From positions 109,740,001 through 109,804,000 of the forward strand of contig OZ024745.1 of assembly GCA_964016885.1 (NCBI GenBank): a DNA stretch of 64,000 bases, given 5' to 3'. Made by a program: the position numbers and the translations under genes. Positions 1 through 13,229 of the stretch are shown in pieces; positions within the stretch are counted from its first letter, which is position 1; each line of letters starts with the position of its first letter. Source of the DNA: Eledone cirrhosa. Lineage: Eukaryota. The notes under the pieces are model-generated. The model made no database searches and was not told the DNA's origin. It worked only from the letters and a program-made list of their open reading frames with translations.

Positions 1-143
1 ACTGTAATGTGGTTGGCGTTAGAAAGGGCATCCAGCTGTAGAAACCAAGCCAAAATACAGATCTGTATGAGCAAGACATGGTCACCTGACATGATTTGAC
101 TCAAACATGATAACCCATCTAATCCATGCAAGTGATGATGATG
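1..143 (+). mobile_element. RTE/SINE 3' tail fragment
   Basis: GGTTGGCGTTAGAAAGGGCATCCAGCTGTAGAAA...(GAT)n. Similar decayed tails lie near 5510-5680, 14585-14750, 7843-7975 (-) and 53150-53335 (-). Confidence 0.65.
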
Positions 144-642
144 AATATATATATATATATATATTACTGCTTCCCCGCTCTCTCTGTTTCTCTCACCTTC
201 TTTCGCCCCCTCTGTCAGTTACACTTTCTCTCGACTGACCGCTTCCTCGCACTTCCACTCACTCACTCTCTGTTTCTCCCCTTCTCACTTCCTCCCGTTT
301 GGCTTACAGTGGGCCTCTCTTCTTGCTTACATCTCACTCACGTCGGACGTCTATACTTTTCGCTCATGAAACCCACCCAGCTTATGCTGACCAGGACTAC
401 CATGTTGCTTGTTTATTTCCTTTCTTTGGTTTGTTTTTATCCTTCTATGTTTTCACTTGTCCCCTTCGCTTTACGCGATTACTGGTCCCAATAACTTTTT
501 TTAGATTATTGCTCGCACCAACCTGAGGTATCTGATTTTTAATGCGATGAAATACCAATGATGGTTGGAAAATCACTGACGAAGGACTATATTTATCATA
601 TGTAACCCATGTGCAAACCACGCAGTATTCTTCTTCCTTCTC

Positions 643-681
<39 letters not shown>

Positions 682-1414
682 TCCTGATAGAGTTGTAAGG
701 ACACCATATTGACATACAGTGTTTCTTGGGCATTTTAACCCTGACGGAACCCACCCCTCTCCAGGTATGAGTACAGCAGATTTCTTATATATATATAGTA
801 ATAATAATTATGAAGACCAAAATCCAAAGAGGGCTCGATAAGGTTTATATATATATATAAAAGTAAAATATTAAAAAAAAAAAAAAAATAATGAATAAAC
901 AAAGAAACAGTTCCTTATATTAAACAAAAAAAGTTCATCATTTTACGATCGTTTCTAGGACATATATGTGTTAGAATTGGTATGCATATTCAAAAGATCT
1001 ATGTACAAAAGTATATATAAACCCATAGACCAAATATTTATAATTAGTACAGATTAAAGTTTAAGCAAAGAATTTCTGCTTTCACCCTATCACAGGATCT
1101 TCTGATATATATATAATGAATGAATAAATACATTATTGGATCATGGGTTTGATTCCATTGTGTGGCATCATCTTGGGCATCATCTACAGCCTCAAGTAGA
1201 CTGAAGCCTCACAAGTGAAATTGTGCTGGAATCTTGCTTGTCAAATTTATTGAACCTGTAATTTAAAATTCCACTCCTGTCACACAACTGTCTTGTACTG
1301 ATTCAGCTTAGGAATTAGGTTAAGAGTATATGTGTTTATGGTAAAATCAACCATTTACACAATGATTCAAGTGCTGGCTGCTTGGTTGATCAAACAACTG
1401 AATGCTCTCATTAA

Positions 1415-1620
1415 CCCTTTAGCATTTAACCCTTTAGCATTCAGCTAGAATTCTCTCACCTCTTTCTGTTCAAACTGGCTGTAACTGGCCACTCATACTG
1501 CTGTTAAGGTATTGTTCTCAAAATAAATAATATCTAAATCTCATATTATGTGAGATAATTATATGAGATAAAGCCTTTACTATGAAAATACAATACTATA
1601 TATAGAGTAATGTAAATGCT
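1415..1620 (+). mobile_element. piggyBac-like MITE, same family, with rearranged ends
   Basis: TTAACCCTTTAGCAT duplicated at the left end; right TIR truncated. Confidence 0.7.
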
Positions 1621-1893
1621 CTCATTAATGGAATTGGTGGAGGATCCATCTTTATCACATTTTCATACACAAATATTCCATGTTAAGTAATATACCAACA
1701 GATGGCCAAGATGTATAGGTAAGTATGCATGGAATTATATATAGAGACACTCAAATTTCAACATTCATTCAACCAAATTTAAAAATACAGTGATATAACA
1801 CACACATGTGCGCGCACACACATACACATAAACGCATACACAAATGTATACCCATGTGTGTATTTGTGTAGAAGTGAGAGAGGGGGAAAGAGC

Positions 1894-1926
<33 letters not shown>

Positions 1927-1955
1927 CAGACAGACAGAAAAAGAGATGGAAAGAG

Positions 1956-2017
<62 letters not shown>

Positions 2018-2313
2018 GGGAAGAGCGAGAGAGACTGAAAGAGAGATGGAAAGAACGAGAAAGGGAAACAGAGAGAGAGAGGGGGGAGACAGAGAGAAAG
2101 AGACTTAAAGACAGGGGGAAAGCGACAGAGAGAGAGACTGAAAGAGACAGGGAAAGAATGAGAAAGGGAAAGAGAGAGAGAGAGAGATGACAGGCAAAAT
2201 CTGTCAGATAGATTTATGCAAAAGAAAATAGATAAATAAATAAATAAATGAATAAATGAATGAATTCCTTCAAAAGAAAATTCTTTCTTTCATTAGACTT
2301 CTTTTGTTCTGTA

Positions 2314-2796
2314 AACAATAATAACAATAACAGCAATAACAATAACAATAATAACAATAACAGCAATAACAATAACAATAATAACAATAACAGCAATAAC
2401 AATAACAAAAATAACAATAACAGCAATAACAATAACAAAAATAACAATAACAGCAATAATAATAACAAAAACAACAATAACAGCAACAATAACAACAAAA
2501 ACAATAGCAAAAACAATAATAACAGCAATAACAATAACAAAAAACAACAATAACAGCAACAATAACAACAATAACAATAACAAAAACAATAATAACAGCA
2601 ACAATAACAGCAAAAACAATAATAACAACAACAATAACAGCAAAAACAATAATAACAACAACAATAACAACAAAAACAATAATAACAACAACAATAACAG
2701 CAACAATAACCATAACTGCAATAATAACAACAACAACAGCAGTAGTAACAGCAACGTAAATAATGTCAATAACATGGACAGGACAACATTAAAGTG

Positions 2797-2833
<37 letters not shown>

Positions 2834-2975
2834 GCAGCAGCAACAGCAACAACAACAACAACAACAACAACATCATCAGCAACAACAATAATTATATTAA
2901 TATTATTATCAATAATGATAATTAGTATGATAATAATAATTAGGAAAATAACAACAACAACAACAACAACATCAA

Positions 2976-3009
<34 letters not shown>

Positions 3010-3330
3010 GCTACTACTACTACTACTACTACTACTACTAATGATGATGATGGTGATGATAATGATGATGATAGTGATGGTGGGGATGAAGAGGCTGACA
3101 ATGATGATGATGATCAGGATGATGATGATGGTAATAATGGTGAAGATGATAATGATAATGAGGATGATGATGATGATGATAATTCAGAAGGAAGAATTGG
3201 ATTTTTTTATCATCATCATCATCGTCATCTGCATCATCGTCGTCATGGTCATCATCATCATCATCGTCATCATCATCATCATCATCATCACCAACAACAA
3301 CATTTTCAAAAACAGCAAGAACTATATTGT
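2314..3330. repeat. Compound AAC/AAT/CTA/GAT/CAT trinucleotide microsatellite field
   Basis: Direct reading; preceded by (GA)n at 1875-2190. Confidence 0.95.
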
Positions 3331-3364
3331 CAAAAGAGATAACAACAGTGACAGAGCCAGAAAG

Positions 3365-3369
3365 CAATG

Positions 3370-3417
<48 letters not shown>

Positions 3418-3581
3418 GCAGCAATAATAGGGTCAAACAGCAACTGAGACAACAACAACAACACCAACAACAACAATGACAACAACAACAACAGCAGCAA
3501 TAATAGGGTCAAACAGCAACTGAGACAACAACAACAACAACAACAACAGCAGCAATAATAGGGTCAAACAGCAACTGAGAC

Positions 3582-3615
<34 letters not shown>

Positions 3616-3649
3616 ACAGCAGCAATAATAGGGTCAAACAGCAACTGAG

Positions 3650-3697
<48 letters not shown>

Positions 3698-3728
3698 GCA
3701 GCAATAATAGGGTCAAACAGCAACTGAG

Positions 3729-3761
<33 letters not shown>

Positions 3762-3887
3762 GCAACAGCAGCAATAATAGGCTCAAACAGCAACAGAGAC
3801 AACAACAACAACAACAACAGCAACAGCAGCAGCAGCAGCAGCAATAATAGGCTCAAACAGCAACAGAGACAATGACAACAACAACAA

Positions 3888-3923
<36 letters not shown>

Positions 3924-4025
3924 TAATAGGCTCAAACAGCAACAGAGACAATGACAACAACAACAACAACAGCAGCAGCAGCGATAATAGGCTCAAACAG
4001 CAACTGAGACAACAACAACAACAAC
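3365..4025. repeat. Tandem repeat: ~30-bp constant unit separated by variable (CAA)n/(CAG)n
   Basis: About 9 copies of GCAATAATAGG(G/C)TCAAACAGCAAC(T/A)GAGAC. Confidence 0.9.
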
Positions 4026-4373
4026 TACACAAATGCTATACAGAATCATTCCTGATAGTATGAGAAAAAAAATCCAAAAAAACTTTCATTAATATCATTG
4101 AAATATATTCAGCAATGATAGAGACTTAATGTCTGATGTCACAAAGTCAAAGTCTTGTGTATTGTGGGAGTTTGGTGGGAGTTTGGTGGGAGAGTGGTGG
4201 GAGTATAGGAATCAGGAGAGAAGGGATAGAGAAGGAAGAAGAAGGAGGAGAATGAAAAACTGATTGAATGAAAGCGTGATTGAATAAGGATGAAGGAAGG
4301 AAAATTATGAGAGAGAAAATGAGACAAGAAAGACAGATAGATAGATAGATAGATAGATAGATAGGTAGGTAGG

Positions 4374-4416
<43 letters not shown>

Positions 4417-5649
4417 GCAAAGAGGTGTGGTAGACTGATAGAGATACAAACACATACAGGGAGGAGACAGAAAAAAATAAAGGAGGAAAGGAGTTAAAAG
4501 CCGAAGATGAAATAAAACGGAAAAAAAATCAAAGAAAAATTAGAAAAAAAAATGAGAGGGGGGGGGGGAATAGAGGGTGTGTGAAGGAAGAGGGGAATGT
4601 GGGGGAAGGTAGAGGGGGTGTTGGGGAGGAATGAGAGAGGGGAGGAGAGAGAGGGGAGGGAGACAGAGAGATAGGGAGGTGGGGGAGGAAGAAAGAGAGA
4701 GAGGGGGAAGTGTGGTAGAAAGTGAGAGAGAGGGTGAAGTGGGGGAGGAAGGGAGAGAGAGAGAGAGAGAGAGTGATGTGGTGTAACTGTGACAAAGAAA
4801 AAGAGATAGTGGGAAATAGGTGAAAGAAAGGGAAAAAAGAGAAAAAAGGAGAGAAGTAATTTATAAAAGAGGAGATTGAAATTTAGATGCAACCAACCAA
4901 CCAACCAACCAACCAACCAACTAACCTACCAACCAGCCAGCCAACCAACCAACACCCAGCCAACCAGCCAAGCAGACAACCAACCAACAATTGCACTATG
5001 AATTTCCTTCTGCTGCCAATATGTTGTAACAAAAGTCATTTGCCTTAAAGACCACCATAGGATTTTATAGTAAGCTACCAGTTCTGTAAATGTCATATCT
5101 TAGATGAATTCTCAGCTGGTGTGAAAGTAGAATTTGAATTTTGATAGTCTCACAAAATATTTGTTTCCTTAGTGTTCTTTTGATGTCTGTGATTTACCAA
5201 CAAGGAAGTAACTGTGTTCAGCTTGACACTGCTTGAATATTTAAAATGCATTGAAGAATATTTTTAAAGCAATTGTTGTGGTTGTTGTTATTGTCATCGT
5301 GTGAGTTTCTTCTCACACGCTACAATGCATTGTAGTTATAGGGTCTCATCAAATCTATGATTCCTACCTTTGATGCAACATGATTCTATAATCATACAAA
5401 TAATAAAAATATGATAATAGTTAGCCTAAGTTGGTGTATTTATCCCCTATGTATAAAAGTGAAAATCAATTTTACCTTGCACCTGTGATATTTACTTAAA
5501 TGTGGTCTCATACACTGTAAATGTGGTTGACATTAGGAAGGGCACCCAACCATAGAAATCTAGCCAGAAACAGTCTTATATGAGTCCTTACTTGCCTCTA
5601 ATGGGACAAACCCGTCTAACCCATGCTAGCATAGAAAATAGATGTTAAA

Positions 5650-5680
<31 letters not shown>

Positions 5681-7569
5681 TTCTAAAATAATTAGACTAG
5701 CCATTTCAGTTAAGTAGTGGTCTGGGTTTTATATATATAGTGATTTGCTATATATTCTCTTCATAAGCAGAAAAATAAAGATGCTTGTTTTTACTGCAAG
5801 GCTTATAATTTAAAATTGTAGTTATACCTACGGTATATTAAATTTATTTTAGATTTTATTAGATTACATTATTCTCAACATAAACGGTATTCTTTTTATC
5901 CACTCTTGAAGGATGAACAATAATATGAAAACTGGTTTTGAATTCAAAACATTCCAGCACCCACCCCACGTCTAAAATGCTTTTTTGTTACACGTTATCT
6001 ACAGTTTTTAATTATAACAATATATACTACAGAATCTCTCTATATGGTCATCTCCCAATATTCAAGAGTGCAGTACTTGAAACTCAGATGTTTATTCTAT
6101 TCATAACCTATTCTGCGCTTAACATCCTGTAATGATGATTTAGCAGAATATATCTAAAAACATGTTTGTTACTTCAAAAGTTTATAGTACCTTTACTAGT
6201 GAATAGATTGTTGTGAAAATTAGCAGTCTTAGAGTAAAGACTTTACTGTTTAATGTGGTACAGAATGTTAAAATTTAAGCCATAGAGGGAACGTATGTGT
6301 GGTTGCTGGACCTGCTAGAAATAGAAAATAACAGAAATGTCCCTGAAATCTAACACCACCATCCACAAAAAAAGGAAGATTATAATAGACACTGTAGTTA
6401 TTGATATATAAAAGTAAGATTGTGGCCGACGACTCGAAGGATTCTGATAATAGGTCAGCTTGATCAAAGTCAACTCAGTGCCAAACAACAATATCAACAC
6501 AGAATCTTTGTTCATGGTGGATAGTATCTAGTTACTTCATTTGCATAGATAATATAAATATCTCCCTTCACTCTTTTATTACCATATTTCTATTGAAAAA
6601 CATGTGAATGTGTTTCAATTAATTTTGAAAATATTCAAACATTGAGGAATATATCAAAATAACTAACACTTTCAATAGTAAGCTGATGTTTGGAACATAA
6701 CAAAAATCACTTTCATAAAATTATGATGGAAAGTTTTAATATAAGTATAAACACTTAGAAATGGGCAGATTCACTTGAGTTGTTATCAAGAATGTTAAAC
6801 CTTTTGATACCAACCCACCTAAGATTGCTTCAAGTTTTATTATCTAAAAATCAATTTTAAAATTCTCATGTCCATCATAATTTTATCTCAGAATATTTTG
6901 TTAAGTTTCATATGAAACACCAGAATATTACAAGAGAGGATCAAATTCAAACCCTGTGTACTCTGTGCATATTCCACCATCCTATAAAGTGTAGAGTTAA
7001 TTGTGGTGTGTAACCAGTATACGATATTACCCAGCCAGAATATACACGGGTTCTTAAACATTTATTTGTTTGTTTATTTAATAGGCACCAGATTGTAGTG
7101 GCTTTCTATGCTATCAGGTGAAGTAGAAAGAAACACACCAGTAGCACTAATTGTTTCCTTCTTGTCACATTCCAGTTGTTATTTATAGCTGATGAGCTTG
7201 TTTATTGTTTATTATATATATACTTTATTTTTATTTTCTGAATTATGTGTCAGTGTTGAGTTAGTAGAGATTTACTTAGTCTTTTGCAGTCAAGAGTAGC
7301 TGAAGCAATGCTTTTCTTGGCAACATCCCCCATCATTATCTTTGGCTTATTATTTTCATTATCAGCTCCAGTGTCTTTGAAGACACCTAAGATTAGTAAC
7401 TAACTTACTTTAAGTTTGGGCATTATTTCATTAGTAGTCCACTACTTTTGCTATAATGTATAGACTTCGGTTTTTAAAGTGTAATATCTAATATACCTAT
7501 TACCTTGTAAACCCTTTTTAAGCAATCACTAATAAACTTCATAATGATACACACACACATACACACACC

Positions 7570-7790
7570 CTCATCATCGATACTTTATGTCCATCTTTCG
7601 ATGTTTACAGGGATTGGAGCAGTCATCTTCAGTACAGCTTCTTTCCATTTGCTGGACTCCTTTGTTGTATCCTCTGGGAAGTTCAGCAATTGGAAATAAG
7701 TTCTCACCATTTCAGTCTAGGCTTTCTTTGGCTTTCCTCTTTCACAGATTCCTTCAACCAGGATTGCTTAGCACTTCTTCACCAAAAGTT
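7570..7790 (-). mobile_element. Old RTE 3' end remnant
   Basis: Minus strand RGKPKKA*TEMVR-like motif followed by a degenerate ...GGACATAAAGTATCGATGATG tail. Confidence 0.4.
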
Positions 7791-8063
7791 CTTTCTGTTA
7801 CTTTCATAACTTGTTTCATATATCGTCCTCCTCCTCACCATTAGCATGGGTTAGATGGGTTGACCCGTCTGAGTCAAGTTGGGACTGATGACCGTGTCTT
7901 GCTCACACAGAACTGTTTCTAGGTTGGTTTCTATGGCTGCATGCCCTTCCAAATTCCAACCACATTTACACATTTACAAATATAAATTAGAGCTAAACAC
8001 ACTACATGGAAAGTTCTGAATATATATAGATAATATTTATTCATTCAAAGCTAATGACTCATT

Positions 8064-8108
8064 TTGATGCTACTCCGAGTTTCTCACATGTGATCCTTTA
8101 GGGTACAA
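8064..8108 (-). ncRNA. Decayed hammerhead-like motif
   Basis: Minus strand: TTGTACC-CTAAAGGA-TCAC AT GTGA-GAAAC TCGGA GTA-GCATCAA, with AATAAA downstream. The 5' core is mutated. Confidence 0.35.
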
Positions 8109-8789
8109 AAACTATTTTGTGCCTGATGCATCAGACATGGTGAGAATTTCTACATAGCTATGCAGTGAATCAGCAGCTTCAAATGAATGTGTATATGCAT
8201 GTGTATTTTACGAATAGGTGAGAGAGAGAGAGTGAGAGGGGGGGGGGGGGTTCCATTTCAAAAACTATGTTCTAAAGAGATTATGTTTAATAAATTTTTA
8301 ATAATTGCATTAGTAGCAATACCATTACTATCATCATCACCTTCATCATAATAACCACACCTACTTCCATATACATGGTACTGTTGATACTGTTGATGCT
8401 GTTGATGCTGCTGATGCTGATATTGCTGTCATAATTGCACTCTATTTACTAACCTTTATTAAAGTTACTATCTCTAAAAATGCCGCCATCTATCCTTCAT
8501 CCATACCAATGGTAGCCACAAACAACAAATGCAATCTCCGCTACCACCACTGCTATTATCACTACTAGAAACCAGTCACCATTACAATAGCTAATTACCG
8601 TAGAATATCATTACTATCAACACAGACAACACCTTCACAACGTATCTAAACACAACTGCTATCACAGCTAATTAACTCTGCTACAACAACACCACCAGCA
8701 CCATCTTCAACAATGGCAACGCCCGCCCCCCCCCCCCCCCAACCAGCTCCCTCATCAGCAACACCAATAAAAACATCACCTAAAATAAT

Positions 8790-9975
8790 GCCAACACCAA
8801 CACCACCACCATTTAAAGCAACACCAATACCAACAACAATACCAGCATCTAAAACAACACCACCACCAACACCAACACCAACACCAACACCACCACCAAC
8901 ACCAATACCAACACCACCACCAACACCAACACCAACACCAACACCAACACCAATACCAACAACAACACCACCACCAACACCAACACCAACACCACCACCA
9001 ACACCAACACCAACACCAACACCAACACCAACACCACCACCAACACCAACAACAACACCACCACCAACACCAACACCAACACCAACACCAACACCAACAC
9101 CAACACCAACACCAACACCAAACCAATACCAACAACAACACCACCACCACCACCAACACCAACACCACCACCAACACCAACACCAACACCAACACCAACA
9201 CCAACACCAATACCAACAACAATACCAGCATCTAAAACAACACAAACACCAACACCAACACCAATACCAACACCACCACCAATACCACCACCAACACCAA
9301 CACTAACACCAACACCAACACCAACACCACCACCAACACCAACAACAACACCACCACCAACACCAACACCAACACCAACACCAACACCAACACCACCACC
9401 AACACCAACAACAACACCACCACCAACACCAACACCAACACCAACACCACCACCAACACCAACACCAACACCAACACCAACACCAACACCAACACCAATA
9501 CCAACAACAATACCAGCATCTAAAACAACACAAACACCAACACCAACACCAATACCAACACCACCACCAATACCACCACCAACACCAACACTAACACCAA
9601 CACCAACACCAACACCAACACCACCACCAACACCAACACCAACACCAACACCAACACCAACACCAAACCAATACCAACACCAACACCAACACCAACAACA
9701 ACACAACCACCAACACCAACACCAACACCAACACCAACACCAAACCAATACCAACACCACCAACACCACCAACACCAACAACAACACCACCACCAACACC
9801 AACACCAACACCAACACCAACACCAAACCAACACCAACAACAACACCACCACCACCACCAATACCAACACCAACACCACCACCAACACCAACACCAACAC
9901 CACCACCAACACCAACACCAACACCAATACCAACAACAATACCAGCATCTAAAACAACACTAACATCAACAACAC
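8790..9975. repeat. (CCAACA)n-based satellite with higher-order units
   Basis: Marker CCAATACCAACAACAATACCAGCATCTAAAACAAC recurs near 8823, 9207, 9495 and 9924. Confidence 0.9.
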
Positions 9976-10157
9976 TGTGTCGCAATCAATTCAGTCAAAC
10001 TTTATGGTCTCTTTGTACTAAATGTGTCTCTCATCTTGCCAGTGTTAACAACTGATGAATCCCAACAACAAGGCACTTGAAAATTATATAAGGGTCAATA
10101 TGAAGCATCTAGAAGGTCAGGTGAAATATTAAGAGTGGTTCGACAAGTGCTACTTAC

Positions 10158-10187
10158 CAATTCCTTCTTGCAGAGAATATGTCATAA
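10158..10187 (-). other. Candidate 30-nt microexon
   Basis: Minus strand: long polypyrimidine tract ...CCCATTCTACCACCAG | TTATGACATATTCTCTGCAAGAAGGAATTG | GTAAGT. No product recognised. Confidence 0.3.
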
Positions 10188-10302
10188 CTGGTGGTAGAAT
10201 GGGAAAAAAAAAAAGAAAGAAAAACAACACTGTAATTAGAAAAACAAAAAGAAAACTTGCCAAATATATTCATTAGCTTACCTATTTCCCTTGTTTTCAC
10301 AC

Positions 10303-10362
<60 letters not shown>

Positions 10363-11239
10363 ATATTTGAAAACAAGGAAAAGGAAGAAAGGAGCTAATA
10401 TTTGGTATGTGTTTTCAAAGATATTTTGTCATTGACATTCTAGCTGATTCAGTAAAGGTTTTTGTATGTTCTGAGTGATTAAGTTGATAGTCAACATATA
10501 TTATGGTATTATGGTCATTCCAATCAGATAGATGGCCAATGGTTAAAAAGAAGTAGAAGAACCAGAAGATGTTCCAGAGATCTTGGAGAAAAAATCTCAG
10601 TAGTCCAACAGAAAGTTTGTTTCTTTTGTTTTTGTTAATTCGCTCAGAATTAGTCAGCTAATCCTAGAGGCTAACCTATTAAGTAGGCTTTTGTGCTAGG
10701 TTTAAAGTTCAGCACTTAAAGTCAAGTACCAAGTTTGCGCGTGCACACACACACACACACACACCAATAACATAATTATTGCAGAGCAAAGGTAAAGGGG
10801 GGGGGCTTACTTTCAACTTGCTTCACCATTAAAAGGAACTCAATCAAAGAAATAGTTATAAAAATGTTTAATGAAGTGGGTGACACTCCCCAAGTAGAGA
10901 CAGCTTGGTGAGTAAAGTATTGAATGGTTAAAGATTAAAAACACTTCTGGCGATTTATCTTAGTATATGGACAGTAACTATATTGCTGTTTAAATTACAA
11001 TTGTTTTTTGCAATTCTTTGATGTAAGATTTGAAAGCTTAACCTTAAAATTCGAACCAGTTCAATAAAAATACACATTATCATTAAATCTTCAGTTATTG
11101 AGTTGAGCCACACATTTTCTGAATATCTACTTTATAAGCTCAACTGATTAGTGGCAAGACTAGGATTTCCTTAACTTGAAAGTTCAATCCATTACTAGTG
11201 AGAGGGGCCACACCTTTGGTTAATATATACTCTATAGTG

Positions 11240-11335
<96 letters not shown>

Positions 11336-11359
11336 CAATATATATATATATATATATAT

Positions 11360-11556
11360 AACGAAGGAAATGTGGTAAGGAACCAGGTGGACCATAACGC
11401 ACCAAAGTACTCAATACTTGAGGTAGTAGAGTGGGTAATAGGAACGAGTAAGACCCCGACAGCTGAGCTCAAGCCGTTTCGAGGGCTATTTCAGCTAATT
11501 CAGAATTAGCTGTCGAAACGGCTAGAGCTCAGCTGTCGGGGTCTTACTGGTTCCTA
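11360..11556 (-). mobile_element. (TA)n-embedded fold-back element, copy 1
   Basis: About 54-bp inverted arms 11439-11492 / 11503-11556 plus about 80 bp of unique extension. Homologous to 49846-50068 in the opposite orientation; (TA)n on both sides. Confidence 0.85.
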
Positions 11557-11583
11557 TATATATATATATATATATATATAGTG

Positions 11584-11627
<44 letters not shown>

Positions 11628-11629
11628 TA

Positions 11630-11950
11630 TCATCATCATCATCATCATCATCACCGTTTTACGTCCGTTCTTCCGCGCTAGCATGGGTTAGACGGGTTGT
11701 CCTGTTGTGTGCAGTGTCTGGTCGGCTGACCATGCCTTGCTCATACAGGAACTGATCTGGCTTGATTTCTACAGCTGGATGCCCTTCCTAACACCAACCT
11801 CATTTACAGTGAGCGCTGGGTGCTTTTTCGTGGCGCCTACATGTCCACTTTACAGTGTGGGCTGGGTGCTTTTTTGCCGTGGCACCTCCACGACCACCTT
11901 GCGGGGGGGGGGGGGGGCATATTGTTTATATGCTTCAGCATGTACCCATA
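11630..11950 (-). mobile_element. Same RTE-type tail family as 60366-60811
   Basis: Reverse complement matches 60390-60800 with fewer internal units; lies within (TA)n. Confidence 0.75.
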
Positions 11951-12131
11951 TATATATATATATATATTATTTTGCAATGTGTGAACAACAGCATTGATGG
12001 TTAAAGGTGCCCAGTCAAGAGTTCAATACATTTCTAACATCAAATGTGATGCATTTGGAGCAAAGGACTTCATTTTGGCAAAGGGTTTGTTTGAATGTTT
12101 ACACCCTTTGCATCAATGAATATTATCTGAT

Positions 12132-12324
12132 AGGGCAGTGGATTGGCAGTATCGGTAGAGGGTCGGACGGCATGCTTTGACGCATAGAGTTACGGCCCTT
12201 TCCATTCTGAGTTCAAATCCCGTCGAGGTTAACTTTGCCTTTCATCCTTACGGGGTCAATAAAATAAAGTACCAGTCATGTACTGGGTAATTGCTGGCCT
12301 TGTGCCAAAAGTAGAAACAATTAT
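12132..12324 (+). mobile_element. tRNA-derived SINE with Nin/Deu-like domain
   Basis: TGGCAGTATCGG A box, GAGTTCAAATCC B box, GCCTTTCATCCTTACGGGGTC.ATAAAATAAAGTACCAG domain, GTAGAAACAATTAT tail. Confidence 0.85.
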
Positions 12325-12462
12325 ATGATAGGAAATGCATCGAACTGTGCAAACCATGCCAAAACTGGAAAATAAGTAACTCTGATTAAGTACTAACTTA
12401 ATCTGTGATGACCTGCCCAACCCATGCCAGCAAGGAAATGCAGATGTTAAATGATGATGATA

Positions 12463-12493
<31 letters not shown>

Positions 12494-12549
12494 TTCTTTT
12501 TTTTTCTATCTTCTATTTTTTTTCTCTATCTTCTATCTTCCATTCTATG

Positions 12550-12649
12550 TAATCCTGAAAATAACACCTGATGAGATCGCCTTTTCTTGCATCATAATCA
12601 GATGATCAAGCTGGGGCATCGTAATATGTATAGTGATTTTGCAGGATTA
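12550..12649 (+). ncRNA. Decayed type I hammerhead motif with long stem I
   Basis: TAATCCTGAAAATAACAC pairs imperfectly with GTGATTTTGCAGGATTA; CTGATGA 12568-74; stem II GATCGCC/GGCATC; GTAA in place of GAAA; flanked by (TA)n tracts. Confidence 0.5.
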
Positions 12650-13066
12650 AAATTCTAAAGTAAACTTTCCAGTCCGGTCTTCTCTTGTTTTTAATGTATA
12701 TGTATATATATATATATACACACACACATGATGTATGCATGGGATCGCCATGGTTAGAATGTCTTAATCATGGCTAAACAATAACAAAGTGAATAGTTGC
12801 TATGTTACATTTACTGTGAGTTCCAGACTGTGTCTGATATTTTAGATTAACAATGGTATTTCATAAATTCTTCATTATTTTCTTAGATGTTAAACAGTAT
12901 TGTGTATTGTCTATTCCTTATTTTTCTTACAATATTTCTAATGAAAGACACTGCCTCTTATTTCTAAATATTTTTGAAAATAATCTAGAATTTGAGAAAT
13001 TTAGTAATATAATTTTCTCATTATTAATGTAGTGCTTAGAGCAAAGATACTTACATAACATTATCA

Positions 13067-13229
13067 CGGATGCCATGCTTTGCAGAAAAGAGTTACGGCC
13101 CTTTATGGTCTGAGTTCAAATCCCGCCAAGGTCAACTTTGCCTTTCATCCTTACGGGGTCGATAAAATAAAGTACCAGTAATGTACTGGGTAATTGCTGG
13201 CCTTGTGCCAAAGTAGAAACAATTATTAT
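13067..13229 (+). mobile_element. Nin/Deu-like SINE, 5' truncated
   Basis: Same body and tail as 12132. Confidence 0.8.

Noticed and set aside
3365-4025. CRISPR array
   Set aside because: Spacers are microsatellite, the context is eukaryotic, and there are no cas genes.
7580-7640. Minus-strand CTGAAGATG...CATCGAAA hammerhead-like pattern
   Set aside because: No stem I or III; explained by a decayed RTE tail.
8713-9306. Pro/Thr-rich mucin-like ORF and overlapping Gly/Val ORFs
   Set aside because: Translation of a (CCAACA)n satellite. The reading phase drifts (PT to QH), several frames are open on both strands, and there is no signal peptide or splice support.
11198-11509. Peptide [20 protein letters not shown]... 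shared with ORF 49928-50143
   Set aside because: Shared only because both overlap the same repeat; no start context or domain.
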